Shown: positions 51,024 to 61,363, numbered from the stretch's first letter. The stretch: 64,000 nucleotides of DNA from an uncultured Sulfuricella sp. (GCA_947085875.1 CAMTYG010000024.1:6148-70147), one strand, 5' to 3'. Made by a program: numbers and translations. Notes: generated by a model from the sequence alone, not told the origin.

Positions 51024-53095
51024 TCGAATTCGAAAAGCTGCACCCGGCGCTTCAGTATCACGTCGTGAATTCACTGGGCTGGAACAGCCTGCGACCGACC
51101 CAACTCCAGGCGATTGATCCGATTCTTTCTGGCGTGCACTGTCTCTTGCTGGCACCAACGGCCGGAGGAAAGACAGAGGCCGCCATCATTCCCGTTTTAT
51201 CGAGGATGTTGACCCATGCCTGGCCTGGGGTGAGCGTGATTTACGTTTGCCCGATCAAAGCACTGCTAAACAATCTCGAACAGCGTTTGTCTTATTACGC
51301 CGGTTTGGTCGGCAGGCGTGTTGCCGTTTGGCATGGGGATGTTTCCCAATCTCAAAAGAGTCATGCCATCAAGGACGCACCCGACATTCTTCTGACCACG
51401 CCCGAATCGCTTGAAGGCATGCTGGTGTCCACACGTATTGACAGACAAGCCTGGTTTGGCAATTTGCGGGTTGTGATTGCCGATGAGTTGCATGCGTTCG
51501 CAGCGGATGACCGCGGTTGGCATTTAAGGGCCGTGCTTCACCGCCTGCAACAGTACGTTCCCCACGAGATGCAACGGCTTGGTCTGTCAGCCACCGTGAG
51601 CAACCCAACGGAGCTGCTTAACTGGTTTGCCCCCACTGGGATCAAACAGGTTGTCGGAAGCGCGTCGGTGAGCACCGATGCTGACGTCACAGTGGATTTC
51701 GTTGGCTCTTTGTCCAACGCTGCCACGGTAATTACCCGTCTTCACCGGGGCAGCAAACGCTTGGTTTTTTGCGATTCACGTAGCAGTGCCGAGCAACTGA
51801 CTAGCATGCTGCGTGGCCTGGAGGTACGAGCTTTTTTAAGTCATGCATCACTCAGCCATTCAGAGCGAAAACTTGCCGAGACTGCCTTCGCAGAAGAAAA
51901 GGACTGCGTGATTGTTGCCACCTCAACTCTGGAACTTGGCATTGACGTCGGGGATTTGGATCATGTGATTCAAATCGATGCACCTTCGACGGTGTCATCG
52001 TTTCTTCAGCGCATGGGTCGATCCGGCCGCCGAGCTGACGTAAAACGAAGTTGCTTGTTCCTCTGCACGAATGACGACTCACTAATGCTGGCCATGGGTA
52101 TTTGTCGGCTTTGGGGTGAAGGTTGGGTTGAAGCTGCATACCCACCCCCCGAACCGTGGGCCATCGTGGCGCAACAGGCCATGGCAGCCACCTTGGAACG
52201 CTCTCAATGGCCAAGGCGAGAACTTGTTTTACTATTGTGCGGAGCTTTCCCAGAATCGAGTTCCCAAGGCATTGCGGATTTAATCGGTCACATGGTTCAA
52301 CTCGACTACCTGATGGAAACTGATGGGGTTCTGCAAATTGGTCCTACGACTGAAAAACATTATGGCCGGGCTCACTACAAAGACCTGTTGGCATCTTTCT
52401 CAGGCGCCCAACTACTTTTGGGACGTTTTGGCAGTGTTGAGGTCGGATTCATCGACCCGATGATGTTGGCTGGTGACAAGGAAGATCGATTAATTCTGCT
52501 AGCGGGAAAGAGCTGGCGTATAACGGATGTCGACTGGAAACGGCAAACAGTGTGGCTTGAGCCAGCAAAAGAGGGAGGCAAGGCCCGATGGACAGGAAGC
52601 GGGCGCACCTTGAGCCGAGAGATCGCCCAAGGAATCTTTCGCGCCTTAAGTGAGGGTGCAGGTATCCATGCAGTGATCTCTAAGCGAGCCCAACTTGAAA
52701 TCGAAGAGGTTGTTGAACACTTCCCTGAGGCTGCTGGAACCTCATGCTTCGCGATAACCAGGAATGAGTCGGGTGGAGCCCGTCTATGGACTTTTAGTGG
52801 CACCCGCGCCAACCGTACTATCGCCAAGCATATTCAATCGCAAGCTGAGGTCGGGTGCATTGATGCACTTGGTCTTGATCTTAAATCGCACCTTGATTCA
52901 AAGAGTCTGAGCACGGAATTTTGTGTCACTGATATTCAGTTTTTGGAGGACGAAATCAAGGAGCGAGCGAAGCCAATCAAATTTTCAGATTGCCTGCCAG
53001 TCGCGTTGCTTATTCAAATAATTCGAATGCGCCAGTTCGAACAGCCAGTCAATCCAGCACAGTGCAGCGCCCGTGACGTTCATGAGAATGGGTAA
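51020..53095 (+). CDS. brxHI: Lhr-like DEAD/H helicase (BrxHI)
   Basis: APTAGGKT, DELH, LSAT, TLELGIDVG, QRMGRSGR; follows brxD. Confidence 0.85.
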   Translation: MIEFEKLHPALQYHVVNSLGWNSLRPTQLQAIDPILSGVHCLLLAPTAGGKTEAAIIPVLSRMLTHAWPGVSVIYVCPIKALLNNLEQRLSYYAGLVGRRVAVWHGDVSQSQKSHAIKDAPDILLTTPESLEGMLVSTRIDRQAWFGNLRVVIADELHAFAADDRGWHLRAVLHRLQQYVPHEMQRLGLSATVSNPTELLNWFAPTGIKQVVGSASVSTDADVTVDFVGSLSNAATVITRLHRGSKRLVFCDSRSSAEQLTSMLRGLEVRAFLSHASLSHSERKLAETAFAEEKDCVIVATSTLELGIDVGDLDHVIQIDAPSTVSSFLQRMGRSGRRADVKRSCLFLCTNDDSLMLAMGICRLWGEGWVEAAYPPPEPWAIVAQQAMAATLERSQWPRRELVLLLCGAFPESSSQGIADLIGHMVQLDYLMETDGVLQIGPTTEKHYGRAHYKDLLASFSGAQLLLGRFGSVEVGFIDPMMLAGDKEDRLILLAGKSWRITDVDWKRQTVWLEPAKEGGKARWTGSGRTLSREIAQGIFRALSEGAGIHAVISKRAQLEIEEVVEHFPEAAGTSCFAITRNESGGARLWTFSGTRANRTIAKHIQSQAEVGCIDALGLDLKSHLDSKSLSTEFCVTDIQFLEDEIKERAKPIKFSDCLPVALLIQIIRMRQFEQPVNPAQCSARDVHENG

Positions 53096-53114
53096 TGGTT
53101 TAGCCGGGCGCGCA

Positions 53115-53873
53115 CTATAAAGTAGCGGCCACCAAGCCTTCCTCTTTCGTTGCCTGTTCCGCCAGACCTGCATCCTCGACCATCAAGGGCGTGGTCGCTT
53201 CCGTACTATCAGGTATCTGGGTTTTCGTCTTGCGAGTCTTTTTCTTGGGTATTTCTTCTACCGCGACTGCGGGGCTTTCCGTTATCGCCTGGCCGGGTTC
53301 TGCCTGAGCATCATGCTTGATCTTCTGCGCGGCGCTGAACGCGCGCGCCAGAATCGCAGTAATTTCTGCCGAAACCCCCAGCATCTTCCTGCGCCATTGC
53401 CGCTCCAATGCACCTTTCGCATCGTCGGCGATAAATCCGGCAAGCCAGGTTGAGTGTACCAATTCCATCAACCTGTCGAGCTCGCGAATCATTTGCAGAT
53501 ATTGACCGGACTTGTTGCAGGTAATTTTGGCTTGGTAAGCGGTGACATTCGTGTAATTCACCCTGCCAATCTCAATGCCGTTGTCCTCGGCGATCTTCTT
53601 GAGTCGCGCGCTTTCATTGCGCAGATTCGCAAACGCATTGTTGATCAAGTGATCGACCGCGCCATTGACGGCCATTATTTCGTTATCATTTTTGAGGACT
53701 GCCGGCAGAACAACGCTTAAGCTACGCAGTGCCGAATCGCATTTCTCGTAGCCGTTTTCAAAAACAGCCTGGGCGGGTGACGAATGTATCTTCACCTCCT
53801 GGGTCAGGAATGGATTGCTGAATTCATCAGCTTTCTTTCTTGGCGCGCCTTTCACTGCTTTGCCGTTTTCCAC
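53115..53873 (-). CDS. DUF1845/AcaB-like conjugation regulator
   Basis: Helical protein with YTN...YLQMIRELDRL...WLAG pattern; GTG after GAGGAG; position matches acaB of IncC. Confidence 0.65.
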   Translation of the reverse strand: MENGKAVKGAPRKKADEFSNPFLTQEVKIHSSPAQAVFENGYEKCDSALRSLSVVLPAVLKNDNEIMAVNGAVDHLINNAFANLRNESARLKKIAEDNGIEIGRVNYTNVTAYQAKITCNKSGQYLQMIRELDRLMELVHSTWLAGFIADDAKGALERQWRRKMLGVSAEITAILARAFSAAQKIKHDAQAEPGQAITESPAVAVEEIPKKKTRKTKTQIPDSTEATTPLMVEDAGLAEQATKEEGLVAATL

Positions 53874-54105
53874 AAAACTCTCCTCTGAGGTTGTTGAACA
53901 AAAATACCGCACGGTCACAGCACCCGATAGTGGAACAGGTCTTCAGGAAAATCTGGTGGAAAGTCAGCAATTTTGCGGATTATCCGCATGGAAGAAAGAA
54001 TAAAACCGGTGTAGTGTCTGCCGTATCTTGCTTCATGTGCTTAATGCCTTGAGCTGATATTGGCGGCTGACCAATCAAAACAAACAGAAGACGAGCAATC
54101 GTCGT

Positions 54106-54180
54106 AACCACCCAGCGGGGATATCGTTCCCCGCAAGGGTCATGGTGTCTCCGTTTTTTTATCAAAAGGAGAACACCATG
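54106..54180 (+). promoter_or_regulatory. Structured leader element copy 1
   Basis: ACCCAGCGGGGA-TATCGT-TCCCCGCAAGGGT CATGGTGTCTCCG T7 ... GGAGAACACCATG. Confidence 0.85.
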
Positions 54181-54258
54181 GAACTTGTCATCATTGCTTG
54201 CTGCATCAGTGGCTACACCCTCAGCCGTCCAATTATCTGGATGCTGGGGTTGAAGTAA
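54178..54258 (+). CDS. 26-aa hydrophobic peptide MELVIIACCISGYTLSRPIIWMLGLK
   Basis: AAGGAG RBS; fills the gap between leader copies 1 and 2; below the ORF-track cutoff. Confidence 0.65.
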   Translation: MELVIIACCISGYTLSRPIIWMLGLK

Positions 54259-54325
54259 CCCACGCGGGGACACCTCCCCGCATAGGGTTTGTGTCCCCTT
54301 TTTTTCAAAGAGGAGGCACAAAATG
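54257..54325 (+). promoter_or_regulatory. Structured leader element copy 2
   Basis: GCGGGGA-CACC-TCCCCGC, TTTGTGTCCCC T7, GAGGAGGCACAAAATG. Confidence 0.85.
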
Positions 54326-55135
54326 AAGCGCATCGTCAGACATTTGCCTATACAGGTTTACCACTCCGGTGAGGCAATATCACACAGCGGGATTGTTCAA
54401 TTACTCAAGTCTCCCGAACATTACCTGCAATACAAAACGGGCTCAGTCGAGCCAACGCCAGCAATGGAATTCGGTTCGGCATTCCACGGTTTTATCCTTG
54501 AACCTGAGGTCTTTTCAAAAGATTATGTGCTCGCGCCGAAGTTCGACCGACGCACCAAGGAAGGCAAGGAAACAGCTGCAAAGTGGGATGTTGAAAATGC
54601 GGGCAAGACACCTTTGACCGCAGAGCAGATGGACACGCTTGCCGCAATGAGGGTGAGCGTTTTCAATCACGCTGGCGCGGCCAGAATGCTTAACGATGGC
54701 GAAGCTGAGACATCCTTGTTCTGGACTGATGACTACACGGGATTGCCGTGCAGGATACGCCCGGACTGGATGTGCGAGTACGGTATGGCAGACCTCAAAA
54801 GCTGCTGCGGTGCGAGCAAAGACAGCTTCTCGAAAGCGATAGCCAATCTTGGCTATGACGTGCAGGCCGCTTTTTACACGGATGGCATGAAGGCGGTGAC
54901 TGGAAGATCGGTCAGCTTTCACTTTATCGCAGTGGAAAAGAATGCACCGTATTCGACAGCTTGTTACATCGCCAGTCAGGAAATGATCGAAGTCGGGCGT
55001 GCAAAGTATCGCGGCGCGCTCCAGTTGCTGAAATGGTGCCAGGAAAACAAACAGTTCCCCGGCTATCAACCCGGTGGCGAGATCGAGACGATTGATCTTC
55101 CGCGCTGGGCAGCGAACTTCGATATCGAAGAGTAG
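54323..55135 (+). CDS. RecE/exonuclease VIII-like PD-(D/E)XK nuclease (DUF3799)
   Basis: SPEHY, FGSAFH, ETSLFW, CRIRPD, ADLKS, YDVQAAFY. Confidence 0.85.
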   Translation: MKRIVRHLPIQVYHSGEAISHSGIVQLLKSPEHYLQYKTGSVEPTPAMEFGSAFHGFILEPEVFSKDYVLAPKFDRRTKEGKETAAKWDVENAGKTPLTAEQMDTLAAMRVSVFNHAGAARMLNDGEAETSLFWTDDYTGLPCRIRPDWMCEYGMADLKSCCGASKDSFSKAIANLGYDVQAAFYTDGMKAVTGRSVSFHFIAVEKNAPYSTACYIASQEMIEVGRAKYRGALQLLKWCQENKQFPGYQPGGEIETIDLPRWAANFDIEE

Positions 55136-55136
55136 T

Positions 55137-55212
55137 ACCAACCCTATCGGGGACACTTCCCCGACAAGGGCTTGTGTCCCCTTTTTTCATTTCAAAAAGG
55201 AGACACAAAATG
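55137..55212 (+). promoter_or_regulatory. Structured leader element copy 3
   Basis: TCGGGGA-CACT-TCCCCGA, TTGTGTCCCC T6, GGAGACACAAAATG. Confidence 0.85.
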
Positions 55213-55470
55213 GGCATCTTGATCTTGTTGGGCATCGCATGGGCAGTTTATTTGGCCATTCGAGTTGTGGTGGCGTTGATCAATTCACGCGCCAGGGCAA
55301 AGCTTGCGGCCAAGATTAAATCGGCATCAATGCCGAACGAGCAAAGCTGGGCGGGCCTCGAAACACCGACATTCATTCGGCGCGGAATACCCTTTCCCGT
55401 TCTGACTGAAAAGAAAAAGAAGCGCATCCGCAGAGCAAAAGCGGTGGATGCACCGGCTTGCGTTAACTAG
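55210..55470 (+). CDS. Small membrane-anchored hypothetical protein (86 aa)
   Basis: N-terminal TM helix, ETPTFIRRG motif, basic tail; strong RBS. Confidence 0.7.
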   Translation: MGILILLGIAWAVYLAIRVVVALINSRARAKLAAKIKSASMPNEQSWAGLETPTFIRRGIPFPVLTEKKKKRIRRAKAVDAPACVN

Positions 55471-55548
55471 CCAACCACCCACGAGGGGACATCGTTCCCG
55501 CAAGGGGCAGGGTGTCTCCGTGGTCATTAACAACAAGGAGATTCCATG
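55471..55548 (+). promoter_or_regulatory. Structured leader element copy 4
   Basis: CCACGAGGGGACATCGTTCCC...GGTGTCTCCGTGG...AAGGAGATTCCATG (no T tract). Confidence 0.8.
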
Positions 55549-56208
55549 AAAAAAGTTTTTCATTTTTACGCCGACCCCGGTCACGGCTGGCTCGCCGTCA
55601 AGAAGCACTACCTGCATTGTTTTGGCATCGCCTCTCGGATCACGCCATACAGCTACCAACGTGGCGATACGGCCTATCTGGAAGAGGACTGCGACTTGTC
55701 GGTTTTTCTGGCTGCACTCAAGGAAGCCGGTATCGAAGCAGACATCAGGACGCATCACACTGATTGTCGATCCAGGATTCGCGGGTATGAATCGTATCGC
55801 TGCGAAGATTCCAGTCTGTGCAAGATCGAAAAAGTATCCGAAGGCCGTTGGCTGGTCCGAAACGCGGAAGATGAGCGTATCGGCGAGGTCTTCGGCATTA
55901 AAGGAAAGTTTCAGGCACAAACCATGAGAGGCGTTTTTGTCGCAAACGGCGGCACGCTGTACATGGCGGCAAATCTTCTATCTTCGGCTCACTACCATGT
56001 GGTCGCCACCGTTCGTGATCCCCGTACCAACGAGGGTATGAAAGAGGCGCCGACAATGGGGTATTGCACCGAGTCGCGCGATATTGCCTTGCATCAGGCA
56101 AGGCAATGGGCGAGCGATGGCTATTGGTCATCGGTGTACGACAAAGCGTCCGGTGAAGCTATCTATGACTTCTCTCCGAAAGGAGGTGTGCATGGGTTGC
56201 GCGCCTGA
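55546..56208 (+). CDS. Hypothetical mobile-element protein (DPGHGW...YLEEDCD)
   Basis: 220 aa with a good RBS. Confidence 0.7.
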   Translation: MKKVFHFYADPGHGWLAVKKHYLHCFGIASRITPYSYQRGDTAYLEEDCDLSVFLAALKEAGIEADIRTHHTDCRSRIRGYESYRCEDSSLCKIEKVSEGRWLVRNAEDERIGEVFGIKGKFQAQTMRGVFVANGGTLYMAANLLSSAHYHVVATVRDPRTNEGMKEAPTMGYCTESRDIALHQARQWASDGYWSSVYDKASGEAIYDFSPKGGVHGLRA

Positions 56209-56270
56209 CCAGTCGTAGCCAGCAATCAGGCGACAATCAACTTGCATCACGAGACGATGTGATGTGTTTT

Positions 56271-56351
56271 CTACTACCCCTGCGGGATATTTCTTCCCGC
56301 CAGGGGGAGAAGTGTCTTCGGGGGTTTTTTTAATTCCCGGAGGCAATAATG
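56271..56351 (+). promoter_or_regulatory. Structured leader element copy 5 (divergent sequence, same pairings)
   Basis: CCCCTGCGGGA-TATTTCT-TCCCGCCAGGGG, AGAAGTGTCTTCGGGGGTT, AATTCCCGGAGGC..ATG. Confidence 0.8.
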
Positions 56352-59300
56352 AAATTGAAAACAATCGCTGCGGCAGCCATGTGGTTGCCCGGTTTTGAGC
56401 CAGAAGACAGCCCCCCTATTGTTTTACAAGGGCCGGTTGTTCCGCAACGCGAAGCAGAGATCATCCCGTTTCCCCAAGCGCTGGCTGCCGAAGTCGCAAC
56501 AATCAAAGCAGTATGGCCGCGTCTCGATGCTGTTACGTTTTCCGGTTTGTCCGGCAGCGTCACCAAATTCGAGGCCAACATTGCCGCAATCGAATGCCTG
56601 CGCAAGCTGGAGTCCGAGAAGAGGCAAGCGACCACGGAAGACCGGGAAGTGCTCAACCGTTACACCGGTTGGGGCGGCATTCCGCAAGCGTTCAATGATG
56701 ACCAGAAGGAGCAGGCGTGGGTTGCACGCGCCGAACGCCTCAAGGCATTGCTGAGCGAAGACGAGTACCAGTCTGCTGAAGCCAGCACACCCAACGCCCA
56801 CTACACCTCACTGGAAGTTATCGAGGCGACGTGGCGCATGGTGGAACGGCTGGGTTTCAAGGGTGGCCGCATTCTTGAGCCATCCGCCGGTGCCGGATAC
56901 TTCCTCGGCGCGATGCCGCAGGAGATTGCCCGGCAAAGCACCGTCACGGCAATTGAACTCGATCAACTGTCGGCGCGCATCCTGAAGGCTCTTTACGGGG
57001 ATTTCGGGGTAAACGTCATACAGAGCGGGTTTGAGGCGGCAAAGCTGCCGGATGAGTTTTACGATCTGGCTATCTCGAATGTTCCGTTCGGGAATTACCA
57101 GGTGCCGGAACTGCGCAACGTTCCCTACGCTAATTTCCTGATCCACGATTACTTCTTTGCGAAAGCGATGGAGGTTGTCAGGCCGGGCGGGTTGGTGGTG
57201 TTCATTACGTCCTCCGGGACGATGGACAAGTACGATGACAAGGTGCGGCAATATCTTGGCAGCAAGGCAAATTTGGTGGCGGCAGTTCGCCTGCCGAATA
57301 CCGCTTTCAAGAGGATCGCCAACACCGAAGTGACAACCGACATACTGGTGCTGCAAAAACCGCTGGAAGGACGTAGTAGTAAAAAAGGCTGGATGGAAAC
57401 CATCGTTCTGCCGGAAACATCCCCAATCTACGGGGAAAGCAAGGAATACTGGAGACATCAACAAATATCGTGTAACCAGTATTTTGCCGAGAACCCTCAA
57501 TGGGTCATCGGCAAGCTTGCACTGACTGAAAACGGCTACCAGAAATCTACTGGCTGCCTATTCGAGGGCGACCTTGAAAGCGCACTGGCCGAGAAGGTGT
57601 CCATGCTGCCAGAAGGTATCTACGCAGCGATTCAGGAAGTCGAAAAAACGAAGGTTGTTTTGCGTTTGGAGTACAACGCCCAGGGTCGCCCAGGTTTCAG
57701 GGTGATTGACGGCAAGGTGTATGAAACAAATGACGGGTTGGAAGCGTCGCAATTCATCGCGCCGCAAAAAACGCTGGAACGCATCGCGGGCATGTGCGGT
57801 ATCCGTGATGCGGCACGCAAGATTGTTCGGTCACAGGTTGAAACCGGGGATGAGGCGATTCTTGCCGCTTACCGGTTGATGCTGAATATCGAATACGACA
57901 ACTTCGTCGCAAAATGCGGGAGCATCCACACCAAGGCAAACAGGGCTGCTTTCAAAGGCGATCCTGACCTGCCGTTGCTGATGTCGCTGGAACGCTGGGA
58001 TGGGGAAACTCAGGCCGCCGAAAAGGCAGACATCTTTTTTCAGCGCACGGTGGGGATGTTCAAAAAGGTCGATCATTGCGAAACCTCGGAAGAGGCGTTG
58101 CTGGTCAGCCTGACCGAGTGTGGCCACGTCGTCGAAAACCGGATTGGTGAATTGCTCGGGAAACCTGGCAGCGAAGCCATGAAGGAACTCGAAGCGTTGG
58201 GCGCAGTATTCCTCGATCCGCAAACCGGCAATTGGGAAACCAAAGATAGTTATCTTGCCGGTAATGTCCGTAATAAATTATCAGCTGCCAAGGTATCGGG
58301 TGAGCGTTACAGCCGAAATGCGCAAGCGTTGGAAGCCGTGATTCCCGATGATTTAACACCCGGCGAAATCGGTGCGCGCATCGGCTCCACCTGGATACCG
58401 ACCAGCGATTACGAAGCATTTCTGGATGAAACTCTGGAGTGCAACGGAAACACCGTGACGTTCAACCAGACAGCAGGCGCGTGGAATATCGACACGCATT
58501 ACAGTACCAGGTCGTCGGTAGTAGCTACGCAGACGTTTGGAACCGGGCGGGTCAATGCGGCAACCCTGTTCGATCAGGCGTTGAATCAAACCGTGCCGAC
58601 CGTGCATGATCCTGATCCTGATGATCGTGACAAACGCGTGGTCAACCAGAAGGAGACCATCGCGGCACGCGAGAAGCAGCAGTCGCTCAAGGAGAAATTC
58701 CAGGAGTGGTTGTGGTCGGAGCAGGGAAGGGCGCTGAGGCTGGCAAGGCTTTACAACGATACGTTCAACAGCGTTGTGCCGCGCAGGTTTGATGGTAGGC
58801 ATCTGGTGTTGCCGGGATATTCCCGGATAGTCAGCCTGCACGAGCATCAGCGGGATGCCATCTGGCGTATTGTCGCGAGTCAGCTAAACACCTTGCTTGC
58901 CCATGTTGTCGGGGCCGGCAAAACACTGACTTGTATCTGTGCCGGCATGGAGCTTCGTCGCCTGGGCAAGGCAAGCAAACCGATGTATGTGGTGCCAAAC
59001 CACATGCTTCACCAGTTTGCAGCCGAGTTCCTGCGTGCCTATCCCGGCGCCAACATCCTGATCGCGTCGAAAGACGATCTTCAGGGCGATAAGCGCCGTC
59101 AGCTTCTTTCCCGTATTGCCACCGGCGATTGGGATGGTGTGCTGATTACGCATGCTTCGTTCGAGCGCATCAAGATGAGCGATGAGTTTATGGAGGAATA
59201 TATCCAGAATGAAATTGACCTCATTGAAGATGCCATTCGCGCTGAAAAGCAGGAACGCGGTAACCGCATCGTCAAGGAGCTGGCCCGTGCGAAAAAAGCA

Positions 59301-61256
59301 TGGGAAGCAAAGCTGGCAAAGCTGTCAGGCAAAAACAAGAAGGATGAAATTCTGTCCTTCGAGCAATTGGGCATCGACTGGATGTTTGTCGATGAAGCGC
59401 ATCTGTTCAAGAACTTGTGGCGGTTCAGCAAGATGACACGAGTTGCCGGATTGCCCAACAGCAATTCGGAGCGGGCATTCGACATGTTCGTCAAGACTCG
59501 CAGCGTCATGGCAAAACACAAGGGCAGGGCAGGCGTGGTGTTCGCGACTGGCACGCCGGTATCCAACAGCATGGCCGAAATGTGGGTCATGCAGCGATAC
59601 CTGCAACCGAAGACGATGGAAGCCTTTCAGGTGGGGATGTTTGACACCTGGGCGGGCAACTTCGGCGAGTCGGTAACGGCTCTGGAGCTGGCTCCGGATG
59701 GCAGAGGCTACCGGATGCATACCCGTTTCGCGAGGTTCGTCAATCTTCCAGAACTGATGTCCATGTTCGGTGAGGTGGCGGATATTCGCACGGCGGAGAT
59801 GCTGAAATTGCCAGTGCCGACCGCGCACAAGGAAACGGTAGCAATCAAGCCGACAGATGACTTGAAAGCACTCGTCCAAACCCTCGTGGAGCGGGCAGAA
59901 GCAATAAGGAACGGTAACGTCAGTCCCTCTGTGGACAACATGCTGGCCGTTACCAACGATGGCCGCAAGGCCGCGTTGGACATGCGTCTGATTGATTCAT
60001 TCGCTGAGGTCGAGAATGGCAAGGTGAACCATTGTGCCGAGAAAGTATTCGGTATCTGGGGTGAAACCAGGCTGTTCCGTGGAACGCAAATCGTGTTCTG
60101 CGACCTGTCCACTCCGGTGGAAAACGGGCGGTTCAGCGTGTATCAGGCGTTGCGTCAAAATCTGCTGGAGAGAGGCGTGCCAATTGAGGACATCGCCTTC
60201 ATTCACGACTACGAGAGCGATTCCGCCAAGGAAGAGCTTTTCAAGGCCGCGCGTGATGGGCGTATCCGCATCCTTCTGGGCAGCACGCAGAAGATGGGGG
60301 TCGGGACCAACATCCAGACCCGGTTGGCGGCACTGCATCATCTGGATGCCCCATGGCGGCCATCTGATGTGGAACAGCGGGAGGGGCGCATTATTCGCCA
60401 GGGCAACCTGAACGAGCGTGTACGCATTTACCGCTATGTAACCGAAAGCTCGTTCGACGCCTACATCTGGCAGACGCTTGAGACCAAAGCGAGATTCATC
60501 GCACAAGTCATGCAAGGGGATACCGGGATGCGTAGCGCAGAGGATGTTGAATTGGCCGCGTTGTCTTATGCGGAGGTGAAAGCCTTGGCGTCGGGCAATC
60601 CGCTGGTGCTGGAAAAAGCGGGGGTTGATACCGAACTTGCCAAGCTGTCGTTGCTCCGGTCTCAATGGGATCAGCAACAATGGCGCAACAAGCAGGAACT
60701 GGCAACTTTGCCAGGTCGCATCGAGCGTGTCCAGGCCAGAATTGCCGGCATCGAGTCCGACATGGCTTCCCGGCAAGACGTATCTGGTAGCAAATTCCTG
60801 ATGGAAGTAGAGGGAAACCGCTATACAGACCGCGCCGAGGCTGGAAAGGCACTTTTGCACGCTGTGTATGGTGTCAGGTCAGGCGGTGATCGGATAGTGG
60901 GCCAAATTGCCGGATTCCGTGTTGCCGTGCAGTTGTCGGCATTACAGGAAATGGGCAGGCAACTGGTTGTCATGGGAGGTGTCGAGTATCGGTGCGGCCA
61001 AGCGGAATCAGCGCAAGGTTTTGTGCGTGTACTCGAAAACGCACTCAACAGGATGGAACAGTGGCTTCTGGAAGAACAGGAGTATTTGGCCAGGACCGAG
61101 AAACGCATGGCCGACATTCAGGCCGAAGCCGCAAAGCCGTTTGACAAGGCTGCGCGGTTGGAGTGGTTAAAACAACGGCAACGAGAAATCGAAGCCGAGC
61201 TCGATTTGAGCAAGGGCGAAAACACCGCTGTTGAAGAAACAGAGGAGGTAGCCTGA
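56349..61256 (+). CDS. DarB-like N6-methyltransferase/SNF2 helicase fusion
   Basis: LEPSAGAG, SNVPF, HVVGAGKT, VDEAH, ATGTP, QREGRIIR. Confidence 0.88.
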   Translation: MKLKTIAAAAMWLPGFEPEDSPPIVLQGPVVPQREAEIIPFPQALAAEVATIKAVWPRLDAVTFSGLSGSVTKFEANIAAIECLRKLESEKRQATTEDREVLNRYTGWGGIPQAFNDDQKEQAWVARAERLKALLSEDEYQSAEASTPNAHYTSLEVIEATWRMVERLGFKGGRILEPSAGAGYFLGAMPQEIARQSTVTAIELDQLSARILKALYGDFGVNVIQSGFEAAKLPDEFYDLAISNVPFGNYQVPELRNVPYANFLIHDYFFAKAMEVVRPGGLVVFITSSGTMDKYDDKVRQYLGSKANLVAAVRLPNTAFKRIANTEVTTDILVLQKPLEGRSSKKGWMETIVLPETSPIYGESKEYWRHQQISCNQYFAENPQWVIGKLALTENGYQKSTGCLFEGDLESALAEKVSMLPEGIYAAIQEVEKTKVVLRLEYNAQGRPGFRVIDGKVYETNDGLEASQFIAPQKTLERIAGMCGIRDAARKIVRSQVETGDEAILAAYRLMLNIEYDNFVAKCGSIHTKANRAAFKGDPDLPLLMSLERWDGETQAAEKADIFFQRTVGMFKKVDHCETSEEALLVSLTECGHVVENRIGELLGKPGSEAMKELEALGAVFLDPQTGNWETKDSYLAGNVRNKLSAAKVSGERYSRNAQALEAVIPDDLTPGEIGARIGSTWIPTSDYEAFLDETLECNGNTVTFNQTAGAWNIDTHYSTRSSVVATQTFGTGRVNAATLFDQALNQTVPTVHDPDPDDRDKRVVNQKETIAAREKQQSLKEKFQEWLWSEQGRALRLARLYNDTFNSVVPRRFDGRHLVLPGYSRIVSLHEHQRDAIWRIVASQLNTLLAHVVGAGKTLTCICAGMELRRLGKASKPMYVVPNHMLHQFAAEFLRAYPGANILIASKDDLQGDKRRQLLSRIATGDWDGVLITHASFERIKMSDEFMEEYIQNEIDLIEDAIRAEKQERGNRIVKELARAKKAWEAKLAKLSGKNKKDEILSFEQLGIDWMFVDEAHLFKNLWRFSKMTRVAGLPNSNSERAFDMFVKTRSVMAKHKGRAGVVFATGTPVSNSMAEMWVMQRYLQPKTMEAFQVGMFDTWAGNFGESVTALELAPDGRGYRMHTRFARFVNLPELMSMFGEVADIRTAEMLKLPVPTAHKETVAIKPTDDLKALVQTLVERAEAIRNGNVSPSVDNMLAVTNDGRKAALDMRLIDSFAEVENGKVNHCAEKVFGIWGETRLFRGTQIVFCDLSTPVENGRFSVYQALRQNLLERGVPIEDIAFIHDYESDSAKEELFKAARDGRIRILLGSTQKMGVGTNIQTRLAALHHLDAPWRPSDVEQREGRIIRQGNLNERVRIYRYVTESSFDAYIWQTLETKARFIAQVMQGDTGMRSAEDVELAALSYAEVKALASGNPLVLEKAGVDTELAKLSLLRSQWDQQQWRNKQELATLPGRIERVQARIAGIESDMASRQDVSGSKFLMEVEGNRYTDRAEAGKALLHAVYGVRSGGDRIVGQIAGFRVAVQLSALQEMGRQLVVMGGVEYRCGQAESAQGFVRVLENALNRMEQWLLEEQEYLARTEKRMADIQAEAAKPFDKAARLEWLKQRQREIEAELDLSKGENTAVEETEEVA

Positions 61257-61270
61257 ATAAAATTCAAGCC

Positions 61271-61358
61271 ACCGCGTAATGCAGTGACGTGAAGAGGTCG
61301 CTGGCCTTGCCGAAAGGTAAAACAGCATTACAGCATCGTTCCGGGCAACCGGTTCGGT
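61271..61358 (+). ncRNA. Candidate multibranch structured RNA with two GNRA tetraloops
   Basis: ACCG/CGGT; GTAATGC/GCATTAC; AGTGAC/GTCGCT; TTGCC-GAAA-GGTAA; CCGG-GCAA-CCGG. Confidence 0.55.
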
Positions 61359-61363
61359 TCAAG

